Of a stretch of DNA of 64,000 nt, positions 9,423 to 19,246 are shown in pieces. A program made the translations under genes and the position numbers. The notes beneath the pieces were generated by a model. That model worked only from the letters and a program-made list of their open reading frames with translations, was not told the DNA's origin and searched no databases. Within the stretch, counting starts at the first letter, position 1. Every line of letters begins with the position of its first letter. The DNA is from an uncultured archaeon (GTDB lineage Archaea > Asgardarchaeota > Hermodarchaeia > Hermodarchaeales > Hermodarchaeaceae): assembly GCA_964347045.1 (NCBI GenBank), contig CAYFXC010000004.1, forward strand, positions 65,650 through 129,649. The letters are read 5' to 3'.

Positions 9423-10712
9423 ATGTCTAAAAATAGGAAACAGTCTAGAACTCTCCGAAGCTGGTTGATTCTAACTACAACAATTATTGGCATCAGTGTA
9501 TTTACCATCGGGTTGTTTTTTAGCATGCTAGTTATGTTCATTGGAGTGATAATTATTAGTGTGGCTTTTTTTGTGTGGTTACAAGGGATAATTGGTCAAG
9601 CAAAACGAAAGAGAATTGGACGATTAAGATTTGATCTGTTAACGAAGAATATCAATCCCTATGATGCTCTGGAAGTGATGATTGATTATAAAGAGGCTGA
9701 TGTTGGTCGACAAGAACTGAATAGGGAACAAATTCGAGAGGCAGCGACAGTATTACAAAGTAATCGAGAACGAGATCAGAGAACAGCAACATTACGATTA
9801 CTTATGGCTGGTCCTCGAAGTGTTCCTTACATTAGAGCTAGTCTCCATAGTATGGATGCAGAAGATATTGAAAAAAGCCTGGTAACACTACGATTTTTTG
9901 GGGAAGATGCTTCCTCAGTTGTTGAACCAGTTACAGAACTTTTGAGCAATGAGCTAGCTGAAATAAGAGGTCATTCTGCCCTTCTTCTCGGAAGAATTGG
10001 TTCGGCTGCAAACCCCGCTGTCCCAATGCTAATTTCGCTTCTCCAAGATTCTGATCCATCAGTGGCTCGTGATGCAGCACTAGCCATAGGCATGATTGGT
10101 TTTAAATCCGAAGAAGCCATAAAGGGATTAAAATCCGCACAAGAACGAGATGATCCACAACTCCAACTTTTTAGCAAGATTGGTTTGGTAAAACTAGGCG
10201 AATATTCTGAGGAGATTGTTGATGACTTGATTAAAGCCGTTAACGACCGAGATCCGATGAACGTTATTTTTGCCATACAAACATTAGGAGAACTAGGTAA
10301 TGCCGCGAAGAAAGCTGAACCAATTCTCCTTCGGTTAGCAACTCATCGTCATCCAGCATTACGTTTAGTTGTAGCTCAAGCGCTGCATAGAATTAAATCA
10401 GCACCTGCCCCAATCGCCGAGGCATTAGTTCGAAATTTACCCCTGCGAAAAGCGGAACCATTTATTCGACGAGACAGTTTCAATCTTTTACAGCAGGTCA
10501 TTAAGGATGTTCCAGAAGTTATTCCAATTCTGACTAAACAACTATCAAATCGTGATCCAGTGACAAGAATAATGGCAGCCAGACTTTTGGGGGAATTCGG
10601 AGAGGAAGCGAAGGAAGCTGCATCTGCTCTTGTGAAAATGATGGAAGATCCTCTAATGACCTGTCAATACCATGCCCGTCAAGCCCTAGAAAAAATTTCA
10701 CCAAGCAGTTAG
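9423..10712 (+). CDS. Membrane-anchored HEAT-repeat (PBS lyase-like) protein
   Basis: Two N-terminal TM helices, then repeated L..LL.D.D..VR..AA.ALG.IG units. Confidence 0.85.
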   Translation: MSKNRKQSRTLRSWLILTTTIIGISVFTIGLFFSMLVMFIGVIIISVAFFVWLQGIIGQAKRKRIGRLRFDLLTKNINPYDALEVMIDYKEADVGRQELNREQIREAATVLQSNRERDQRTATLRLLMAGPRSVPYIRASLHSMDAEDIEKSLVTLRFFGEDASSVVEPVTELLSNELAEIRGHSALLLGRIGSAANPAVPMLISLLQDSDPSVARDAALAIGMIGFKSEEAIKGLKSAQERDDPQLQLFSKIGLVKLGEYSEEIVDDLIKAVNDRDPMNVIFAIQTLGELGNAAKKAEPILLRLATHRHPALRLVVAQALHRIKSAPAPIAEALVRNLPLRKAEPFIRRDSFNLLQQVIKDVPEVIPILTKQLSNRDPVTRIMAARLLGEFGEEAKEAASALVKMMEDPLMTCQYHARQALEKISPSS

Positions 10713-10752
10713 AGTAATTGATTTGACTGGGTAATTTGAAAAATAGATTCGA

Positions 10753-10783
10753 CAAGCAGTTTGCAGTTTTTGCAAACTGCTTG
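10753..10783. terminator. Perfect 13-bp inverted repeat between convergent genes (possible bidirectional terminator)
   Basis: CAAGCAGTTTGCA-GTTTT-TGCAAACTGCTTG. Confidence 0.55.
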
Positions 10784-10821
10784 ATAGTAAATAGTTGAAT
10801 TGAATATAGGGATTCAGTGGG

Positions 10822-12141
10822 TTAACAACCATCCCATCCGAATTCGGGTTGGATTTCTGTGGTGAAACCCTCTACACGAGGATTGAGATATGTACCCCAT
10901 TTATCAATAGCGAGTTGAAGTTCCTTCATATTCTTTGGAATATCCTCGAAATTGCCATTTTGCATATATAGATCAACTGCTTGGCGCATTGCTTTTGCTC
11001 CATCAATAGAACCATTAGGATGGGCGTGTACGCCACCACCCGCTCCTAGAATGATATCAGTTCCAAGTTCATGTAGGTTCACTGGGATCATTCCTGGGTA
11101 AACGCCACCTCCAACGATAGGCCAATTAGTTTTGATATGATAGAATGGTGCACGAGAGTTAAGAGCAGAAGTTATTTCATCGAAGTAGGGCATGAATAGT
11201 TTGCCGTGGCTTGTAGGAAGGATATACATATCGCCTCCACATAACCGAACAAATTTTGCGATGGTAGGATAATTGAAACCGTGGAAGCCACGATACCACA
11301 TACCTGCACCAGCAGGATGAGCAAGAATTGGTACCTTCACTGAAGGAGCCTCTGCGACATCACGAAGTATGGTAAATCCTGTAGCAAGAAAATTTATGTG
11401 AAGGGCATTAGCGCCCATTTCCACCATTTTTTCTGCATTTTCTAAGGTGCGGTGACCATCATCAGAAATATTGATTGTATAAAGTGTCTTTTCACCAGTT
11501 TCCGATTCGGCTTTATCTAGCGCTTCCATTACGGCAGTGAGTCGATCTTCTAGAAGACAGTTACAGGGTGATTCCATGAGCTCATCGTCCTTGATAATAT
11601 CAATTCCTCCAAGAGCGCTTTCATAGCATTGCTCAGCAAAGACCTTAGCTTCCAGACCCACACAGGGTTTTATCATTGTTAGTGTCAAGGGTCGTTCTTT
11701 GGCTTTGAGTAGTTCACGAACTCCTTCAACGCCAAATTTTGGTCCTTTGAAGGGGGCTGTGAATGATTTAGGAAATTGGACATCAAGGATTCGGACGGCT
11801 GTGTTCTTAACATAGAAGATATTCCCAGCTATAGCGGCCATAAGCTGGGCTACTGAGGGGAGAAAGTTCGCCATCGGAAAACCGATTTGGGCGATGATAT
11901 TAGTGTAATTTGGTCCTGGCGTTCGATAGAAACCCAATGTCTTGCCAAGAAATTGCCGACGGACCTCATCGGTCTCACGGGGTACACGAATCCATGTACC
12001 GGTTGTTTGTTCGATAGACAGACCTTCAACAATGTGTAGTAAGTCAGTCTCTTGTGTTCGAATATGGAAGGTCGTGATAACATAATCTTCGAGATCAATA
12101 CCTTCTCGAGTTGCTAATCCTTCAGGTTCATATTTGGGCAT
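10822..12141 (-). CDS. RuBisCO-like protein (form IV RLP)
   Basis: GGIDIIKDDE carbamylation motif, EQTTGTW, GGGVHAHPNG; substitutions KPC (K177), AHPAG (R295) and VGGG (S379) argue against a true carboxylase. Confidence 0.9.
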   Translation of the reverse strand: MPKYEPEGLATREGIDLEDYVITTFHIRTQETDLLHIVEGLSIEQTTGTWIRVPRETDEVRRQFLGKTLGFYRTPGPNYTNIIAQIGFPMANFLPSVAQLMAAIAGNIFYVKNTAVRILDVQFPKSFTAPFKGPKFGVEGVRELLKAKERPLTLTMIKPCVGLEAKVFAEQCYESALGGIDIIKDDELMESPCNCLLEDRLTAVMEALDKAESETGEKTLYTINISDDGHRTLENAEKMVEMGANALHINFLATGFTILRDVAEAPSVKVPILAHPAGAGMWYRGFHGFNYPTIAKFVRLCGGDMYILPTSHGKLFMPYFDEITSALNSRAPFYHIKTNWPIVGGGVYPGMIPVNLHELGTDIILGAGGGVHAHPNGSIDGAKAMRQAVDLYMQNGNFEDIPKNMKELQLAIDKWGTYLNPRVEGFTTEIQPEFGWDGC

Positions 12142-12303
12142 ATGGGATTAAACCCCCGGTGGTTGGTATGAGAAATCTGGAAGTTCATAAAGTTTTTTGA
12201 AATTTTAACTAGAGCCTATGATACAAATCAACTTTTAAAAAAATCATAGATTGTTTTAAATAGACCATAGACCACATCGCTACAGAAAGGTGGAGGCAGA
12301 CAG

Positions 12304-12552
12304 ATGGCGAAATCATTTAAAAAAGAAAAGAAAGAAACAGCGCATTTACAGGTTCCGAAACATTCTCATTGTGAGCTATGTGGTGCACCAGTCCGTTATG
12401 GGATGGAGTATTGTAATGCGGAGCACAAAAAATTGTTTGCCAAGAATGCTAGAAATGAACGGCTGAAAAATGCGATTCCGGTAATTTTTGTAATCATTAT
12501 TGCCGCAGCATCACTTATAATTTCAATAATGATGTTTGCCCCACCCCCCTGA
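12304..12552 (+). CDS. DUF2116-family Zn-ribbon membrane protein
   Basis: PKHSHCELCG...YC...H followed by a C-terminal TM helix. Confidence 0.75.
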   Translation: MAKSFKKEKKETAHLQVPKHSHCELCGAPVRYGMEYCNAEHKKLFAKNARNERLKNAIPVIFVIIIAAASLIISIMMFAPPP

Positions 12553-12568
12553 TAAGGATTAAAAGGAT

Positions 12569-13918
12569 TCACCAGGTGGAGAGAGAAGCAACCGCACTGT
12601 CAGGAATTCGACCTTTTTCGACATCACGTAGAGCGGTATCAATGATTTCCAGTGCTCGATCAGCTTCTGATTGTGAGAGATTAAATGCAGGACAAACTCT
12701 AAGAACAGATTCGCCAAGAGTTGTAAGGATAAGACCGAGCTCACCAGCCCGCCAACAAACCTTAGAAGCTTCTAGCCGTGCAGGTTCTCGCGTCTTATGA
12801 TCTTTAACTAGATCGACTCCAATAAGCATTCCTTTACCTCTGACATCACCAATTAGGTGATGATCTCTTCTCATTTCGTCAAAGCGTTTCCGGAGGTACG
12901 CGCCCATCTTTTTTCCCTTATCAATAAGATTGTCTCTCCTGATAGTATCTATTACAGTCAATGCAACCGCGCATACAATTGGATTAGCAATTCCTGTTCC
13001 AATCGCGGAAGGAGGTTTTAGTTCATCTATTACTGAAGCGCGGCCTATGACCCCGCTCAACGGAACTCCCGCAGAAAAGCCCTTACCAAAGGCAACAAGA
13101 TCAGGGATGAGATTATATTGTTCTGATAAGAACCATGAACCGCATCGTCCACACCCAGTTTGGATCTCATCAAGTGCAAATAGCATACCATATTTTTGAC
13201 AAATTTCCTCAAGGCCTTTCAACCATTCGGGAGGTGGAAAGATATAGCCTCCATCTGATCCAACTGGTTCAGTAATAATTGCTGCAACTTCTTCTGGGGG
13301 TACGAGATGTTTTAGTACAGTTTTCAAATAGTCCAAGCATGCTAATCCGCAATGAGGATATTCTTGTTTGAAAATGCATCTGTAACAGTCTGCAAATGGA
13401 ACATGGTAAATCTCTGGGATAAATGGTCCTAAATACCGACGTTGAACCGTTGAAAAAGCACTCAAGGATAAGGCACCATATAGTGCCCCATAATATCCTT
13501 TGAGAAATGTGATGATTTTAGTACGCTTTGTTCCAACACGTGCAAGCTTTACTGTAAGATCCATTGCGGCGGCCCCAGCAAGTTGATATATTGTTCTTTT
13601 AGTGAAATCGCCAGGAGGTAACTGATTTAATTTTTCAGCAAGCTCAACAGCTAGTTCATGATACCCGTAGAGAGGTGGGTAATGAATAAGTTGATCCGCT
13701 TGTTCTTGAATAGCTTTCACTACTGCGGGATGCCGATGACCAATAGGAAGAGCAGCTGCTCCGCCTAGAAAGTCAATGTATTCATTTCCATCCTTGTCCC
13801 ATACTATAGAACCTTCAGCACGAATAGCCACTACCGGATAATATGCTAACCGGAGTGCTTGACCAATAGCGTTCTTATCACGTTTGACTATTTTCAATCC
13901 TTTCCTAACTACTCCCAT
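12569..13918 (-). CDS. Class III PLP enzyme (GABA-aminotransferase fold; possibly amino-acid racemase/epimerase subfamily)
   Basis: WDKDGNEYIDF, DEIQTGCGRCG, PDLVAFGKG (PLP Lys), GDVRGKG, CWRAGELGL; EPVGSDGG has Asp at the usual Glu position. Confidence 0.88.
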   Translation of the reverse strand: MGVVRKGLKIVKRDKNAIGQALRLAYYPVVAIRAEGSIVWDKDGNEYIDFLGGAAALPIGHRHPAVVKAIQEQADQLIHYPPLYGYHELAVELAEKLNQLPPGDFTKRTIYQLAGAAAMDLTVKLARVGTKRTKIITFLKGYYGALYGALSLSAFSTVQRRYLGPFIPEIYHVPFADCYRCIFKQEYPHCGLACLDYLKTVLKHLVPPEEVAAIITEPVGSDGGYIFPPPEWLKGLEEICQKYGMLFALDEIQTGCGRCGSWFLSEQYNLIPDLVAFGKGFSAGVPLSGVIGRASVIDELKPPSAIGTGIANPIVCAVALTVIDTIRRDNLIDKGKKMGAYLRKRFDEMRRDHHLIGDVRGKGMLIGVDLVKDHKTREPARLEASKVCWRAGELGLILTTLGESVLRVCPAFNLSQSEADRALEIIDTALRDVEKGRIPDSAVASLSTW

Positions 13919-13988
13919 TTAGATCACCTTCAGTTGAACTCTTTTTTAGGATTCAAATATCGTAATAAATTCCATTAGTAGAGGATAT

Positions 13989-15098
13989 TTAGTGTGAATC
14001 GTGGAATTCTGTACCCCAGTTATCGATAGCCAAGATGGCATCTCGAACCATCCCCGGTGAAACTGCTATTGGCATATTTCCCATCGTATCCTTAGGGTCA
14101 CAGGCTTTTTCAGCAGCAGTACTAAGGTCATCAACATTGATATCTCCAAGTTGCTTAAGAGTGATAGGAAGCCCTACTTGATGTTCCCATCTCATTATGC
14201 GCTCAATTTCTTGGGGATCACGGTTTTCTAGCACCATTTGTACTAATACACAGAACGCCACAATTTCACCATGATTAGCTTTTACTCCAGAGATAAACGT
14301 CAAACCATTATGAATAGCATGTGCTGCGGCTAAACCTGTACTTTCAGCACAAAGACTACTTAGAAGTTTGATGGATTCGAAGATTCGTTCAACATATGGA
14401 GTAACTAGTTTCTGTTCAAGGTCCTTAGCTGCTCGATATCCATAGGTGAGTAAATTATATTCACATAACTCTCCAATCCAAGGTGAAACAGCAGTAGGAC
14501 GACCAAACAAAAGACTGGAAGCATTCGGTTGAGCAACACAAGCTTTTGCTTCAATATTAGCCCCTAGTGCATCACCCATTCCCCAGACCGTAAATTTGGC
14601 TGGAGCTGTGACAAGGATTTCTGGATCAACTAAAACTAAATCTGGATTTTTAGGATAAAAGAGATATTCAAGCCATTCATGCTTCTCAGTATAAATGACA
14701 GATAAGGCGCTAGCATCAGCGTTGGTTGCACATTGTGTTGGTACACATGCAACGGGTAGTTTTAGCTTGTACGCAACTGCTTTCGCAGTATCAACAGCTA
14801 CTCCACCACCTACACCAATGATGACATCAGCTTTTTCCTTTTTTCCAATCTCACTCAGACGGTCAATTGTTGGATAAGTGGTCATTCGGACAGTATTATC
14901 TAATGCTACGATGCTGGTGTCAAACTGGTGAAGACTCTTTTCGATTCGCTTTTTCGTTATACTCAAAGCAGTTTTTCCACCCAAAATCAACGCTTGTTGG
15001 CCAATTTTACTAATATGTGCACCAAGTTCATCCAGAGAACCACGTCCCTGAACATATCGACTAGCAGACCCGAATATTTTCATTTGACTTGGTTCCAA
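13989..15098 (-). CDS. gldA: Glycerol dehydrogenase-like polyol dehydrogenase
   Basis: RYVQG, GVGGGVAVDTAK, SALSVIYT, GMGDAL, ESTGLAAAHAIHNGLT, HGEIVAF. Confidence 0.82.
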   Translation of the reverse strand: MEPSQMKIFGSASRYVQGRGSLDELGAHISKIGQQALILGGKTALSITKKRIEKSLHQFDTSIVALDNTVRMTTYPTIDRLSEIGKKEKADVIIGVGGGVAVDTAKAVAYKLKLPVACVPTQCATNADASALSVIYTEKHEWLEYLFYPKNPDLVLVDPEILVTAPAKFTVWGMGDALGANIEAKACVAQPNASSLLFGRPTAVSPWIGELCEYNLLTYGYRAAKDLEQKLVTPYVERIFESIKLLSSLCAESTGLAAAHAIHNGLTFISGVKANHGEIVAFCVLVQMVLENRDPQEIERIMRWEHQVGLPITLKQLGDINVDDLSTAAEKACDPKDTMGNMPIAVSPGMVRDAILAIDNWGTEFHDSH

Positions 15099-15230
15099 TT
15101 AATTTCACCTGGTATGATGATTTAGCGCAGTGCTTTTGGAAGCAACTTCTATAAGTAATTCACGCAAATGGAATCTTCAAGTTTTATAATTCCCATAAAC
15201 ACTTTAGACTAAAAGTAGATATTTAGACTC

Positions 15231-16607
15231 ATGACTCCAATTTGGTTTCCAAAAAATGATGAGATTTCAACTCTACTATGTGGTTCTTATCGAACTGATG
15301 TAAATGGTTGGATCCGTATACATCTTTGTGGTGACAACAGACAAATGGGATTCCAACACGGATATTGGCTCGCTCACGAGATTCAGGCAAATGTTAAACA
15401 GACTGGTATGTTTCTGGACAAGGCAGAAAATTACCCTTGGAAGAAGTTCCGATCTGATGCAGAAAAGATATGTTGGCACATGACACCAGAGAGTCTTCAA
15501 GAAGAGATTCAAGGTGTTGAGGCAGGAATGCGACTCCGAGGTATCAAGGATACCTCTTGGAAAGACATTCTCGCAATAAACGCATATGGTGACACACTTT
15601 CTTGTCATTATGCAAAGGAGCACGAAAAAAAACGAGATACCAGTAGAAAAAGTGGTCATTGTAGTGCCTTCATCGCAACCGGAAAAGCAACAAAAGATAG
15701 ACGAATCGTTCTTTGTCACAACACTTGGTTTTCCTATATTATTGGAACGACCTATAACATCATGATGAGCCTGAGTCCCTCTGAAGGTCATAAAATGTTT
15801 ATTCATACATGGCCTGGAGCGATAGGTGGTGCAACAATTGATTGGGATATGAATGCAGCAGGGATTATGTGTGCAGAGACAACAATTACTGGAGCAAGTA
15901 AATTCAAACTAGATGAAATTCCCTATTTTGTTCGAGGTCGATTGGCAATTCAGTTTGCAGATTCAATTGATGAGTGGATGAAAATGATGATTGAAGGTAA
16001 TAATGGGGGATGGGCTAACGCCTATTTAGTTGGAGATGCTAAAACAGATGAAATTGGATGGTTAGAACTGGGAATCTTTGAGCACGCCATTCGTCGAACT
16101 CGAAACGGGTATTTTGTAGGTGCCAATTGGGCGTTGGATGATGCTGTAAAATCAGAATGTGTTGGAGTAAGTTTTGATGAAAAAGCCGCTCATTCCTGTG
16201 CATCAAGAACCCATCGTCTCCTTCAACTGATGGAAAAATTTGATGGGAAAATAGATATTAGTATCGCAAAACAGATAATCAGCGACCACTATGATGTATC
16301 CTTAGATAAGGACCAACCTTCGGCGAATACTATTTGTGGTCATACAGAATTTGATGAAAGGGGATTGAAAGAATGGAAATGTGGTCCTTTTGAACCATTT
16401 GGGGCAACGGATGCGAAAGTTGTTACGAGCACCTTAAATGAAAATGGCTCATGGTGGGCACACTGGGGTCCTGCGTGTAACATTCATTTTGATTCAAAGG
16501 AGTTTTTTTCAAAACACCCAGAATATGGATGGCAGGAACCATATACTCGTAATATTACACCCTATCCTTGGACACTGTTTAGTGCCGATGAGAATTGGAA
16601 GAGATAG
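15231..16607 (+). CDS. C45-family / phospholipase B-like Ntn hydrolase
   Basis: GFQHGY, autoproteolytic GH-CSAFIATG, HNTW, ETTI, NNGGWAN, GATDAKV. Confidence 0.8.
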   Translation: MTPIWFPKNDEISTLLCGSYRTDVNGWIRIHLCGDNRQMGFQHGYWLAHEIQANVKQTGMFLDKAENYPWKKFRSDAEKICWHMTPESLQEEIQGVEAGMRLRGIKDTSWKDILAINAYGDTLSCHYAKEHEKKRDTSRKSGHCSAFIATGKATKDRRIVLCHNTWFSYIIGTTYNIMMSLSPSEGHKMFIHTWPGAIGGATIDWDMNAAGIMCAETTITGASKFKLDEIPYFVRGRLAIQFADSIDEWMKMMIEGNNGGWANAYLVGDAKTDEIGWLELGIFEHAIRRTRNGYFVGANWALDDAVKSECVGVSFDEKAAHSCASRTHRLLQLMEKFDGKIDISIAKQIISDHYDVSLDKDQPSANTICGHTEFDERGLKEWKCGPFEPFGATDAKVVTSTLNENGSWWAHWGPACNIHFDSKEFFSKHPEYGWQEPYTRNITPYPWTLFSADENWKR

Positions 16608-16654
16608 CGGCAAATGCATTATTCGGAGAAGAATTGGTTCAATAGAATGAGCGA

Positions 16655-17614
16655 CTATCCTTGAGTTAACATGAAATCTTTGACCTTTCTTCCTTCAATA
16701 TCAATGATAGCGCCGCGAAGGACTCCTTCAAGATATTCACTACCAGGATTGATAGCCAATGTTTTCCCGATTTTTTGAAACCCTCTTGATTCATGGATAT
16801 GTCCATGCAAACTAAGCAAAGGATGATATTTTTCTATTGCCGCCCGAACGGCTTTACTCCCCACGGGATGATCTTCAATTCGACCTCCTTTAGTTTGCAC
16901 CTGAAGTTCTCCTTTGATCGTTTCTTTCAATACAGGACAGAGGTCTAAAGTTGAATCAAATGGAGGAACATGCATATTAAAGATTGATAACTCAGGATTC
17001 TTCAACTGGGAGGTCAATGCTTCAATGAGTTCCTCTAATTTATCTTCTGGAAGGTCTCGTGGACATTCCCAAGGCGTCACATTTCCATGCCCAATAGAGA
17101 TCATTTCGTGTTCGTTGTCAATCATCACAACTTTCCCATCAGGATTCACCACGTAGTCAGAAGAGTTTAATGTGGCGTCAATATCAAGTCGATCATCATT
17201 ACCTGGACATACAAACATCTTAATTTCTGATTCACCAAGTCTTTCCTCTGCCAACCTCAGCCATCGGTCTAGTTCATTTTGCATTACTTTACTGAATAGT
17301 TTATCAACCGCGGCTTTATTCTCGTGTAATTTCTGGATTTCATTCGTAGATGCGACATATGGATAATACCCACTATTTCTAATAGTTTGAAGAAGTTGTT
17401 CATACTCTTCTTGCGAACTAATCTCGTATGTCTTATTCATGAACGTTGTCGAATATTGATCACCATCTTGTTTAATCGGAATGATTGCCTTACCAGTGAT
17501 ATCTCCACCCATAATCACCACATTGGCTTTGTAAAAAGGTCCTGCGTTAACGAATTTCCTCCAACAACGTTCTGAACCATGAATATCTGTCGTGAAAAAA
17601 ATACGCGTTTTCAT
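16655..17614 (-). CDS. Calcineurin-like metallophosphoesterase (Icc/COG2129-like)
   Basis: DIHGS, GGDITGK, PGNDD, HVPP, LHGHIHES, NPGSEY. Confidence 0.9.
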   Translation of the reverse strand: MKTRIFFTTDIHGSERCWRKFVNAGPFYKANVVIMGGDITGKAIIPIKQDGDQYSTTFMNKTYEISSQEEYEQLLQTIRNSGYYPYVASTNEIQKLHENKAAVDKLFSKVMQNELDRWLRLAEERLGESEIKMFVCPGNDDRLDIDATLNSSDYVVNPDGKVVMIDNEHEMISIGHGNVTPWECPRDLPEDKLEELIEALTSQLKNPELSIFNMHVPPFDSTLDLCPVLKETIKGELQVQTKGGRIEDHPVGSKAVRAAIEKYHPLLSLHGHIHESRGFQKIGKTLAINPGSEYLEGVLRGAIIDIEGRKVKDFMLTQG

Positions 17615-17748
17615 TTACATAAATCACCACTAGAATTCTCAGCTTTAGATCGGAATTCGATGAGCAACAAGAGAATCTTGGAGCGATAGCTGACTCTGTT
17701 GATTAAAAGATTTTCGAATCCGTAAACATTTGAGAAAGGCTAAAGAGT

Positions 17749-18822
17749 TCATTCAATAACTCCTGTGTTTCGGGCAAGTCGGATAGCCGCCTCTTCAGTG
17801 AGACCATTTTCTCCTAGAATAGTATACCGTTGTGGATTGATTTTATGCGCTATTTCAAGAGCTTTGATAACATATTTTGACTCAATGCCGAGCTGTTTTG
17901 CTGTGGTTGGAGCACGAACAGCTGATAACGCATCACGAATTTCCTGCCAGTTAATTCCATGAAGATATGCCATCATAATCGTTCCCAAGCCAGATTGTTC
18001 TCCATGCAGAGCAGGCTCGGGTGCGAGTTGATCAAGTGCATGACTGAACTTATGTTCAGCACCACTTGAAGGCCTACTTGAGCCGGCGATTCCCATTGCA
18101 ATACCACTGGCAATAAGGGCTTCAAGAACAAGTCGTGCACTTTGCACATCATTGGGTTTTATCATTTGAGAATTATTGATAATAATCCTAGCGGACATAA
18201 GCGAAAGAGAAGCCGCATAGTCTCCATAATATTCATAACCCAAAGTATTAGCAAGCCTCCAATCACGTACAGCAGTGATGTTGGCAATTAAATCACCACA
18301 ACCAGCTGAAGTAAAACGGAACGGAGCCTCAGCTACAACCTTTGTATCAGCTACAATAGCTATCGGCGAATGACCCTGTATAGAAACAGATTTCCCCTTT
18401 TCTTTAATGGATGCTCGAGGACTTGAAAGTCCATCATGAGATGCTATCGTGGGTACACTAATGAAAGGCCGATTTTCACGAGCAGAACTTAACTTTGCCG
18501 TATCAATAACTGAACCTCCACCACACCCAACAATAAGCCCTGCCTTGTGTTTTTGAATAATTTCTTGGGCTTCTTCAACGGCATTGGATGTTGCCCCCTT
18601 AATCATTAGAATCTCAACATCAAATTTATCCTCTGTTAAGGCGTTTAAAGCCCGTTTGCCCACAATGCGAAACACATCCTTATCTGTAACCAGAATTACA
18701 TGTCTCGTCTCTACAACCTGATGCACAACTTCCCCCAACAGATCAACCACATTCGGTCCAATAACAACATGTCCAGGTAATTGCATACGATGAGCATTAT
18801 TCTCAACTGTCACCAGGTTCAC
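17749..18822 (-). CDS. egsA: sn-glycerol-1-phosphate dehydrogenase
   Basis: GGGSVIDTAK, PTIASHDG.SSPRAS, SSRPSSGAEHKFSHALD, LHGEQ, RYTILG. Confidence 0.93.
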   Translation of the reverse strand: MNLVTVENNAHRMQLPGHVVIGPNVVDLLGEVVHQVVETRHVILVTDKDVFRIVGKRALNALTEDKFDVEILMIKGATSNAVEEAQEIIQKHKAGLIVGCGGGSVIDTAKLSSARENRPFISVPTIASHDGLSSPRASIKEKGKSVSIQGHSPIAIVADTKVVAEAPFRFTSAGCGDLIANITAVRDWRLANTLGYEYYGDYAASLSLMSARIIINNSQMIKPNDVQSARLVLEALIASGIAMGIAGSSRPSSGAEHKFSHALDQLAPEPALHGEQSGLGTIMMAYLHGINWQEIRDALSAVRAPTTAKQLGIESKYVIKALEIAHKINPQRYTILGENGLTEEAAIRLARNTGVIE

Positions 18823-18849
18823 CCTTCTAATCCATCGAAAAATTCCAAC

Positions 18850-19240
18850 TAGAATGCTAATAATCTGTCATAGCGATCTTATGAGTAAAAATAACTTGCT
18901 CAAAATTTAGTACCAATCGTTTATTGAAGTTTCTTATTTAAAACCACCTGTTGAAAAATTTAATCAAATAATAATCGGAACCGTCTATAATATTTAATGA
19001 CAATTTATTTTTATAAAACATTCAAGTGAATTATATAAAAAAAATACTAAAAATTATTAAAATAAAAAAATACCATTTGTATATATCCATTGTAACACTA
19101 AAAGATTAAGAACTCCCTGAATATCTTGCAATTTCTTTTTTTTGAGTAACGGTTTTATACAAAGTGGGTACGAAGGAGTGGCGTTTGGTATACTGTTAGA
19201 AACCAGACAACACCCATAAAAAAATCATTCATGAGTTGAA
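18850..19240. promoter_or_regulatory. Long, very AT-rich divergent promoter region between egsA and the APC permease operon
   Basis: A/T tracts and several TATA-like hexamers (for example TTTATA near 19154); exact elements not resolvable. Confidence 0.45.
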
Positions 19241-19246
19241 TGAACA

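Noticed and set aside
10822-12141. Bona fide form III RuBisCO / CO2 fixation
   Set aside because: Key RuBP-binding residues are substituted (K177, R295, S379 equivalents) and no AMP phosphorylase or R15P isomerase is adjacent
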